DNA of 43,938 bases from Candidatus Niyogibacteria bacterium (GTDB lineage Bacteria > Patescibacteriota > Minisyncoccia > 1-14-0-10-42-19): NCBI GenBank assembly GCA_016204155.1, contig JACQLG010000063.1, positions 1 to 43,938 on the forward strand, written 5' to 3'. The notes below the pieces were generated by a model. The model did not search any database and had not been told where the DNA came from. It saw only the letters and a program-made list of their open reading frames with translations. Below are positions 23,122-30,199 of the stretch, piece after piece (the first letter of the stretch is position 1; each line of letters opens with the position of its first letter). The position numbers and the translations under genes are program-made.

Positions 23122-25273
23122 AATTTTTTTTCTCCTCTTTATAGCGGCAATCTTTATTAGAACATTTAATTCCATTCTTTAATCCCACCAATGCGCTGCT
23201 GCATTGCGGGCACATCTTCCCCGTCGGCTTCTGCCATACGGCGAAATCGCAGTCGGGATAGCGTGAACAGCCATAAAATACACGACGCTTGCGCGTTCTC
23301 CGCTCCACTACATCTCCTTCTTTGCATTTCGGACATTTAATATTGAGCGGTTCTGCAGGGATCGCTTTTGTAAATTTGCAGCCGGGAAAACCGGAACACG
23401 AAATGAACTTCCCAAACCGCCCGTGGCGTATCATTAATTTTTTCCCGCATTCGGGGCAATTCTCATCAAGCGCTTCGGTCATATCTTCTTTTACGACCGT
23501 TTCATATTTTTCTTGAAGGTCCTTTGCAAACGGTTCATAAAAATTTCTGATAATAGCGTGCCATTCTTTCTCTCCTTCTGCTATTTCGTCGAGTTGCTGT
23601 TCCATCTCCGCCGTAAATTCTATATCAACGATTTGGGGAAAATGTTTAACCAATATCGCGCTTACTTTTTCGCCTATCTCGGTCGGCTCAAATTGCTTTT
23701 GATCGTTCTTAACGACATAATGCCGGTCCTGGATCGTTGACATAGTCGGCGCATACGTTGATGGCCGTCCTATACCGAATTTTTCAAGCGTCTTAATGAG
23801 GGATGCCTCTGTGAACCGCGGAGGCGGCTGGGTTTGACGCTCATCATCTATGAGCTCATGAAGGACCAGCGCGGTTCTTGGTTCAAGCGCCGGGAGAAAC
23901 GTGTCATCTTTTTTTGTCGGCGTAATTCTTAAAAATCCGTCAAACCGAAGGATGCTGCCTGCCGTTCGGAATTCATAAGAATGCGTTTTATCTGCCGCGT
24001 GCGCTGCGATCACGAATAATGTCTGTTCAAATTCCGCTTCTTTCATCTGGCTTGCAACAAATCTTTTCCAGATAAGCGAGTAAAGTCTGAACTGATCCGA
24101 TGTTACATTATCTTTAATATCATTCGGCAGAAGATCTACACTCACCGGACGAATCGCTTCATGCGCTTCTTGCGCGCCCTTTGCCTTTCTCGTAAATATC
24201 CTGGGATGTTCCGGGACGTAATCGGCGCCATATGCCTCTTTGATATGATGACGCAGCGCGCCGAGCGCTTCCTCTGCGACACTCAGAGAGTCTGTCCGCA
24301 TATACGTGATAAGGCCGGTCGCGCCCCCTTTTTTTAATTCTATTCCCTCATATAACTGCTGGGCTATGAGCATGGTTTTTTTAGAAGAAAAGCGAAGACG
24401 GGACCATGCGGCCTGCTGCAGTGTTGCTGTGGTAAACGGAGGCGACGGCTGTTGAAAGCGCTTCTTTTTTTCTACTTTTGCGATAGTAAACGAGTCCCGA
24501 TCAATGCGCCCAATCGCCTCGTTCACGATCTTTCTTTCTGTAATGCCGGGCTTCTCTATTGCTATTTCATCAATCGCAAAAAGGACCGCTTGAAAATGGG
24601 TGCATGCATTGCCGCTATCGGAACACCCTTTTTTTTGAAGATCTGCGGCAAGTACCCAGAACGTCTGCGGTTTAAAATTCCTGATTTCATTCTCCCGCTC
24701 CACAACCAAACGGAGCGCGACTGACTGTACACGGCCCGCGGAAAGGCCACGCGTTATCTTTTTCCATAAAAAGGGCGAAAGCTTATAGCCTACTAAACGA
24801 TCAAGAACGCGTCGCGCTTGCTGTGCTGCCACCAAATCATTATTAATGCCCCGGGGATGCCGCAATGCCTCCTTGATTGCTTTTTTGGTTATCTCATGAA
24901 AAACAATGCGCTCAATATTTTTAACCTTCCCTCGATCTGACCCCTGGACGAAGGTTGATTTTTTATTTTTGCCCTGACTCAAGCCAAGGGCATGAATAAG
25001 ATGCCACGCGATCGCTTCTCCTTCGCGGTCTTCATCGGTTGCAAGTATTATCGTATCCGCCTTCTGCGAAAGTGCTTTTAATTTTCTTATAATCGGCTGA
25101 ACTTTGCGCGGAACAACATATTGAGGTTCAAAATTATTTTCCACATCAACGCCTAACGTATAGGAGGGAAGATCACGAATATGACCATACGAAGATTCTA
25201 CGGTATATTCTTTGCCAAGAAAACGAGCTATGGTCCTTGATTTAGTTGGGGATTCTACGATTACTAATTTCAT
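23108..25273 (-). CDS. topA: DNA topoisomerase I
   Basis: Toprim start MKLVIVESPTKSRTI; TDEDREGEAIAWH; active-site Tyr context ITYMRTDS; three C-terminal zinc-ribbon CxxC pairs. Confidence 0.96.
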   Translation of the reverse strand: MKLVIVESPTKSRTIARFLGKEYTVESSYGHIRDLPSYTLGVDVENNFEPQYVVPRKVQPIIRKLKALSQKADTIILATDEDREGEAIAWHLIHALGLSQGKNKKSTFVQGSDRGKVKNIERIVFHEITKKAIKEALRHPRGINNDLVAAQQARRVLDRLVGYKLSPFLWKKITRGLSAGRVQSVALRLVVERENEIRNFKPQTFWVLAADLQKKGCSDSGNACTHFQAVLFAIDEIAIEKPGITERKIVNEAIGRIDRDSFTIAKVEKKKRFQQPSPPFTTATLQQAAWSRLRFSSKKTMLIAQQLYEGIELKKGGATGLITYMRTDSLSVAEEALGALRHHIKEAYGADYVPEHPRIFTRKAKGAQEAHEAIRPVSVDLLPNDIKDNVTSDQFRLYSLIWKRFVASQMKEAEFEQTLFVIAAHAADKTHSYEFRTAGSILRFDGFLRITPTKKDDTFLPALEPRTALVLHELIDDERQTQPPPRFTEASLIKTLEKFGIGRPSTYAPTMSTIQDRHYVVKNDQKQFEPTEIGEKVSAILVKHFPQIVDIEFTAEMEQQLDEIAEGEKEWHAIIRNFYEPFAKDLQEKYETVVKEDMTEALDENCPECGKKLMIRHGRFGKFISCSGFPGCKFTKAIPAEPLNIKCPKCKEGDVVERRTRKRRVFYGCSRYPDCDFAVWQKPTGKMCPQCSSALVGLKNGIKCSNKDCRYKEEKKNYDMD

Positions 25274-26124
25274 ATCTTATAAAATAAGCCGTCTTTATTT
25301 TTGATCGCCCCTGCGATCTCAAGCGCGCTTAAATGAATATTAAGCTCCTGCATTGAACATTGTATCAAATCTCCTAATTCATCAGCTGTTTTCGGTGCCG
25401 CAAGCGAATGGAGAATATGGTGCTCTATTTCATCAATCTTGTCAAGATTTGGCTTTTTTTTCTCTACCCCCAAAAGCTCTAACACATCTCCAGCGTCCTG
25501 AATAAGAGCTGCGCCCTCTTTTAATAAAGAATGCGTGCCTTTCGAATTAATAGACCGCGCCTCTCCCGGCACCGCGCCGACATCGCGGTTTGCGTCAAGC
25601 GCCAAGCGCGCAGTAATTAATGCTCCGCTTCGTTCTGCGGCCTCTACAATAATAGTTGCTTGACTCAGGCCTGCTATAATACGGTTTCGTTCAGGAAACG
25701 TCCATTTTGTAGCATTTGCCTTCCCGCCATATTCAGAAATGACCAACCCATTATTACGTAAAATATCTTCCGCAAGCTTCCTATTGATAGCCGGCTGGAT
25801 ATTTTCAATCCCGGAGCCAAGTACTGCCCATGTCGTCCCCCCGCCCCCTAAAGCGCCTCTGTGCGCCTGCGCATCAATACCCATCGCAAGACCGCTTACA
25901 ATAATGGCGCCTTCAAGCGCCAGATCTCGCGCAAGCATAAACGCCATCTCCATGCCATACGATGTTGCGCGGCGCGAACCGACAATCGCGACAATTGGCA
26001 CTTTTTGTTCATATGCATTTTTTAACGATTCTGGGACGCCACGAACATACAACTGTTTCGGCGCCTGCGCAATTTCTTTCAGAAGCGCGGGATATTCTTT
26101 ATCTTGTAATGCAATCTTCCGCAT
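25270..26124 (-). CDS. dprA: DNA processing protein DprA (Smf)
   Basis: VAIVGSRRATSYG, SGLAMGIDAQAHRGAL and RNRIIAGLS blocks are present. There is a 4-nt overlap with topA. I prefer the ATG at 26124 over the track TTG at 26151. Confidence 0.85.
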   Translation of the reverse strand: MRKIALQDKEYPALLKEIAQAPKQLYVRGVPESLKNAYEQKVPIVAIVGSRRATSYGMEMAFMLARDLALEGAIIVSGLAMGIDAQAHRGALGGGGTTWAVLGSGIENIQPAINRKLAEDILRNNGLVISEYGGKANATKWTFPERNRIIAGLSQATIIVEAAERSGALITARLALDANRDVGAVPGEARSINSKGTHSLLKEGAALIQDAGDVLELLGVEKKKPNLDKIDEIEHHILHSLAAPKTADELGDLIQCSMQELNIHLSALEIAGAIKNKDGLFYKI

Positions 26125-26225
26125 TTTTTTATGATAATAAGTTTTTAGCAAAACACAAAATCACCCTTGATGTTTGATATCACAAATGATATAAAGTAAA
26201 AAAAGAATGAAAATGGAGGAAATGT

Positions 26226-26921
26226 ATGGACTTTGACAACACACTCATTGACGCATTAGCGCCAAAAGCGCGAATCCTTGTGATAACAGGCGCCGGCATC
26301 TCAAAGGCAAGCGGCCTCGATACGTATCGAGGAGTCGGCGGAATATGGAACACAATTGACTATGAGAAAGTGGCGACAAAAGAAGCATACAACAATAATC
26401 CGAAAGAAATTGCGGAGTACTGGAAAAAGATGAAAACAGATTGCGAAAAAGCAGAGCCTAACTCTGCACATATAACTCTCGCTGAAATGGAAAAGTTTTA
26501 TTCGAAATTTCAGATTATCACGCAAAACGTTGACGAGTTACATCAACGCGCAGGAAGCAAAAACGTCCTTGAAATTCATGGATCGCTCTTTCGTGAACGA
26601 CAAGATGCACACAACGTAGGGATGCCTGATATAGTATTATACCGAGAGCAATATTCACCAACCGTTCTGAATACAATTATTCAATTTTTAAACACTATCA
26701 GACCGCAAGCCATGATCGTTATAGGAACATCATGTGCGATCCCACTCATTGGAGAAATAATTATGCAATCACAATTGTTTAAAAGTACAGTTATAGAAAT
26801 CAATATTGAACCGACTATTCCTTCCTTTGCCGTATGGAAAAAAATTGAGTTAAAAGGGAAAGCAGAAGAAGTGCTGCCTGCATTATGGGGCGCTATAAAA
26901 GAAAAATATCAAAACACCTAA
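26226..26921 (+). CDS. Sir2-family NAD-dependent deacylase-like protein lacking the zinc-ribbon module
   Basis: TGAGISKASGLDTYRG, QNVDELHQRAG and the catalytic EIHGS are present. Only about 12 residues and no Cys pairs separate HGS from PDIVLYRE. RBS is GGAGG. Confidence 0.8.
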   Translation: MDFDNTLIDALAPKARILVITGAGISKASGLDTYRGVGGIWNTIDYEKVATKEAYNNNPKEIAEYWKKMKTDCEKAEPNSAHITLAEMEKFYSKFQIITQNVDELHQRAGSKNVLEIHGSLFRERQDAHNVGMPDIVLYREQYSPTVLNTIIQFLNTIRPQAMIVIGTSCAIPLIGEIIMQSQLFKSTVIEINIEPTIPSFAVWKKIELKGKAEEVLPALWGAIKEKYQNT

Positions 26922-26975
26922 GAAATAACAGAGTGATAAATAAAAATCTCCACCCCATATTATTATAGAAGATAC

Positions 26976-27015
26976 AAAAACCCCAGTTTCTTTAAAAGAG
27001 AAACGGGGTATTTTT
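26976..27015. terminator. bidirectional terminator between convergent genes
   Basis: Stem ccccagtttct (one bulged a) pairs with agaaacgggg. It is flanked by aaaaa upstream and tattttt downstream. Confidence 0.55.
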
Positions 27016-27036
27016 ATTGCAATGAGTATTGATGTT

Positions 27037-27663
27037 TTAAAAAACGGCGACCTGCCACGTCCCATGTGACAAAATCTCTATTCGTATCTCGTTATAAGTC
27101 GCACCCAAAGCCTTGCTCATCCTATCTACCTTGTCTTGCAGTTGCATCGCTCGAGCGCCATATCGACATATCAAAACAAAAAACTCAGGACCATAATCAG
27201 GACTAGTTGTGATTTGGAGGATATATTTCAACATCTTCACTTCTGCTTCCTGAAGCCTACATAAGAAATTCTCGACTTCACTCTTTATCACGTCAGACCA
27301 CTCCATAAGGCACACTCCGCATGTTTCGTCATCGTCTGGCGACTGGGATGGTTGCCTAAATATAAGAGGGTGATCGCAATTCGACTGCAAAGACTTTAAT
27401 TGCTGCCGAATCTCGCGAAGTTTCTTCTCAACTTCCATGCGTTTCTCGCGTAAATTATTGATGTATTGTTGGGTATTATTCTCATCTTTCCCTGTCCAAA
27501 TGATTTCTTCACAGCCAGAACAAAATATTGTCTCTTGTTCACGGACTAAAGCCAGCGGAGGATGACTACATCTCATCTTAAGATCATGCGCTTTCCGTGC
27601 GTAGTCTTTTCCCTGTTCTGCAAGGTTAATCGCTAACCCATTGATAATTACATTCTCGTTCAT
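27037..27663 (-). CDS. hypothetical protein with two C-x-H-P...C-x-x-C modules separated by coiled-coil-like sequence
   Basis: RCSHPPLALVREQETIFCSGCEEIIW and NCDHPLIFRQPSQSPDDDETCGVCLMEW look like an internal duplication. RBS is AAGGGGG. Confidence 0.5.
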   Translation of the reverse strand: MNENVIINGLAINLAEQGKDYARKAHDLKMRCSHPPLALVREQETIFCSGCEEIIWTGKDENNTQQYINNLREKRMEVEKKLREIRQQLKSLQSNCDHPLIFRQPSQSPDDDETCGVCLMEWSDVIKSEVENFLCRLQEAEVKMLKYILQITTSPDYGPEFFVLICRYGARAMQLQDKVDRMSKALGATYNEIRIEILSHGTWQVAVF

Positions 27664-27765
27664 ATATAACCCCCTTAATGTTTATCAATATCTTTAGAAA
27701 GGATATCAAATAACCTCAATCTCGTCAATCTAACCAACCTCTTAACTTTTTATTTCTTTATATTT

Positions 27766-27784
27766 GCAGATATTTCCAGATTTT
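27766..27784. repeat. left copy of the 19-bp flanking direct repeat (gcagatatttccagatttt)
   Basis: 17 of 19 positions match 28550-28568. On the minus strand it reads AAA ATC TGG AAA TAT CTG CAA ATA TAA (KIWKYLQI*). Confidence 0.8.
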
Positions 27785-27792
27785 TGTCAAAA

Positions 27793-27817
27793 GTGTCAAA
27801 AGTCCGACTTTTGACAC
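27793..27817. repeat. REP-like hairpin, copy 1 (gtgtcaaaagt-ccg-acttttgacac)
   Basis: Perfect 11-bp stem, lying 1 nt from the transposase stop codon. It is preceded by a partial direct copy, tgtcaaaag. Confidence 0.85.
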
Positions 27818-27818
27818 T

Positions 27819-28475
27819 TTAGAGATCGATTAAATATTCCTCGGAGATATTCTTCTTAATCGGCGTTTCCTCTATAAAACGCTGATATTCTTTGCCGCTC
27901 TTGAATTGATCAAGGACCAACGATGGGCTCAAAAAATTTCCCCACCTATTTTCTTCTACGTAATCTTGGTAACTCGACCATGGATATTGAATTTCTTTAT
28001 TGCGCCATTTTGTTAATTCGCGGGGATTTAAATGAATGTAGGCCGAAAGATACTGCAAATATTCGTCTCTATCGATATGAACGGCTTGAAATGCACCGCC
28101 GAATAGATGGCCGGTGCGTTTATACTTTATGTTGAAATATTTTGTATACGCAGTTAAAAGCCGCTGCATAAATCGAGAAATACTACCCTCTTTTAACTCA
28201 TCTAAAATCAAATGAAAGTGGTTAGGCATAAGACAAAAACTAACAAGCCCTATGTACTTTGTTTCTACAACCTCTTGAAAGATATCTTTGTCAAAAGTCC
28301 GACTTTTGACAAAAGGGACTAAACGACCAATCTGCGGAAATATTATTTCTCCCTGCAATAAAAATAAAAGGGAAAGAAAACGCCATCTGTCATGATCATT
28401 AAGATAGACTAATCGCTTCTCTACTCCACGATTATATACATGATAATATTCCCCTTCCGCAAAATTTCTCTCCAT
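27819..28475 (-). CDS. IS200-like / REP-associated tyrosine transposase (HUH Y1 family)
   Basis: YHVYNRG start block; HUH motif CLMPNHFHLIL; catalytic Tyr region LSAYIHLNP. Confidence 0.85.
   Translation of the reverse strand: MERNFAEGEYYHVYNRGVEKRLVYLNDHDRWRFLSLLFLLQGEIIFPQIGRLVPFVKSRTFDKDIFQEVVETKYIGLVSFCLMPNHFHLILDELKEGSISRFMQRLLTAYTKYFNIKYKRTGHLFGGAFQAVHIDRDEYLQYLSAYIHLNPRELTKWRNKEIQYPWSSYQDYVEENRWGNFLSPSLVLDQFKSGKEYQRFIEETPIKKNISEEYLIDL
28287..28313. repeat. REP-like hairpin, copy 2, inside the transposase CDS (tttgtcaaaagt-ccg-acttttgacaaa)
   Basis: Perfect 12-bp stem. It is translated in-frame as FVKSRTFDK. Confidence 0.85.
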
Positions 28476-28500
28476 AGAACTATTATCGCTTCACAAACGA

Positions 28501-28531
28501 AAAATGTCAAAAGTCGGACTTTTGACATTTT
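28501..28531. repeat. REP-like hairpin, copy 3, inverted orientation (aaaatgtcaaaagt-cgg-acttttgacatttt)
   Basis: Perfect 14-bp stem with the central triplet inverted relative to copies 1 and 2. It lies 8 nt beyond the murC stop and could double as the murC terminator, since a T run follows on the minus strand. Confidence 0.85.
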
Positions 28532-28538
28532 GATAATT

Positions 28539-29879
28539 TTAGGATAAACGCAAATATCTCCAGATTTTCCAGATATCTCCTGCGCCCATAACAACCACAA
28601 TATCATTATTACGAACTGTTTTTTTTAAGAATCGGGCGGCATCCTTAAATGACGGCATATACAATGCTGGCGTTTTTTGTTTTATGATCGCGCGCGCAAG
28701 CTTTTGAGAATTTACTTCTTTCTTCAAACTCGCCGTCTCACGCCCCGCTACACTATAGATGTCGAGCATTATGACGCCGTGCGCGCTGCTAAACGCTTTC
28801 GTAAAATCGCGGAAGAGATATTTCGTGCGCTGATATTGATGCGGCTGATAAACGCACCACAGCTTCCCTCTCTGCAATCGCTTTCTATATTTTTGGCGTA
28901 CTCCGGTAAGCGTCGTTTGAATTTCTGTCGGATGATGGCCATAATCGTCATACACAAATGCGCCGTTCAATTTCCCCTTATATTCCATCCGCCTTCCAAC
29001 GCCTGAAAACCTCTTAAGCGTCTGCCAAAAAATATAATCAGGGATACCGAGAATATGCGAAAGCATGAATACGGCAAGCGCATTTGATACATTATGCTCT
29101 CCACAAAGCTTCATAGTATGGCGTATTTTTTCTGCCGCTTTTTTTTCTGAAAACGAATAATATATTGTATGACGCACGCCGCAGGAAACAGCAATCTTTT
29201 TTATCTCTGCGTCATCTTTGTTCGCAATAATATATCCTTTCTCCGGGACGCGTGCAAGAAAACGGCGAAAATGAGCAAGGGTCTGCTTGAATGTCCTAAA
29301 GTAATCAATATGCTCCCATTCCACAGATGTCCAAATCACAACATCCGGATGATAGTGTAAAAATGACCCCTTATATTCATCCGCTTCAATAACCAAGAAA
29401 TGTGAATCGCCGTATAAAAAATTTGAGTTATGGAATTCCGGGACTGTTGCGCCGACAATAACAGTCGGATCAAGCCCTGCGTGCTTCAATAAAACGCCGG
29501 CAAAACCGGTGGTGGTACTTTTACCATGCGTCCCGCAAATTGCAATTGTGTATTTTTCTTTTGTAAGTTCGCCAAGCGCTTCAGGATAGCTCCGAAGAAC
29601 AACTCCACGCTTTTTTGCCTCGCGGATCTCCGGATTCATATTCCTGCCCGTAATACCCACAGCTTGACTATATATCACATGATCTGCTTTTTTAGGCACG
29701 TTTCCCGCCTCATGCTTTCCTAGATGGACAAGAATCCCTTTCTTGCGGAGCATTGCGATAATGGGAGATGGCGCCTCATCCGAACCCGAAACGCGCCATC
29801 CTTCATGCAAATACCACTGCGCAAGCGCGCTCATGCCGATGCCGCCGATGCCGATAAAGTGAACTGATTTTTTTGTCAT
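28539..29879 (-). CDS. murC: UDP-N-acetylmuramate--L-alanine ligase
   Basis: VHFIGIGGIGMSALAQ, ICGTHGKSTTT and DDYGHHP blocks are present. I prefer the ATG at 29879; the track ORF starts at TTG 29900. Confidence 0.95.
   Translation of the reverse strand: MTKKSVHFIGIGGIGMSALAQWYLHEGWRVSGSDEAPSPIIAMLRKKGILVHLGKHEAGNVPKKADHVIYSQAVGITGRNMNPEIREAKKRGVVLRSYPEALGELTKEKYTIAICGTHGKSTTTGFAGVLLKHAGLDPTVIVGATVPEFHNSNFLYGDSHFLVIEADEYKGSFLHYHPDVVIWTSVEWEHIDYFRTFKQTLAHFRRFLARVPEKGYIIANKDDAEIKKIAVSCGVRHTIYYSFSEKKAAEKIRHTMKLCGEHNVSNALAVFMLSHILGIPDYIFWQTLKRFSGVGRRMEYKGKLNGAFVYDDYGHHPTEIQTTLTGVRQKYRKRLQRGKLWCVYQPHQYQRTKYLFRDFTKAFSSAHGVIMLDIYSVAGRETASLKKEVNSQKLARAIIKQKTPALYMPSFKDAARFLKKTVRNNDIVVVMGAGDIWKIWRYLRLS
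28550..28568. repeat. right copy of the 19-bp flanking direct repeat (gcaaatatctccagatttt), inside the murC 3' end
   Basis: It encodes the KIWRYL of the real murC C-terminus (…GDIWKIWRYLRLS*). Confidence 0.8.
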
Positions 29880-29886
29880 TATTTTT

Positions 29887-29915
29887 ATTTTACTCGCCAA
29901 AATGAAAAATGACTA
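29887..29915 (-). promoter_or_regulatory. possible promoter for a leaderless murC mRNA
   Basis: On the minus strand: TAGTCA (29915-29910), 17 nt, TAAAAT (29892-29887), 7 nt, then ATG (29879). Confidence 0.4.
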
Positions 29916-29928
29916 CTTTTACAAACAG

Positions 29929-29956
29929 TTGACAGGATTTGCCGCCGTGCTATACT
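29929..29956 (+). promoter_or_regulatory. promoter placed for a leaderless secG mRNA
   Basis: TTGACA (29929-29934), 16 nt, TATACT (29951-29956), 7 nt, then ATG (29964). There is no SD sequence. Confidence 0.55.
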
Positions 29957-29963
29957 ACAAGAA

Positions 29964-30188
29964 ATGCAAGTAATTACGGCACTCCTGCCTTATCTTCAGA
30001 TACTTATATCTGCGCTTCTCGTAATAGCAATCCTTCTCCAGCAGCGCGGCACGGGGCTTGGCGCGGCTTTTGGCGGTGAAGGAAATATTTATCGGACAAA
30101 GCGCGGATTTGAGAAAACGCTTTATCGCGGAACTATTGCGCTTGCGGTGCTATTTTTTGGAACAGCATTCCTTCAATTGCTTCTCTAG
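29964..30188 (+). CDS. secG: preprotein translocase subunit SecG
   Basis: 74 aa with two TM segments and the central LLQQRGTGLGAAFGG block typical of SecG. Confidence 0.8.
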   Translation: MQVITALLPYLQILISALLVIAILLQQRGTGLGAAFGGEGNIYRTKRGFEKTLYRGTIALAVLFFGTAFLQLLL

Positions 30189-30199
30189 ATTATTATTCT

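Larger units (their letters stand above)
27785..28549 (-). mobile_element. IS200/RAYT-type cassette: HUH-Y1 transposase bracketed by REP-like hairpins
   Basis: A transposase CDS is flanked by oppositely oriented copies of the palindrome GTCAAAAGT-CCG/CGG-ACTTTTGAC. The whole cassette is bracketed by a 17/19-identical direct repeat (27766-27784 and 28550-28568). Confidence 0.7.
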
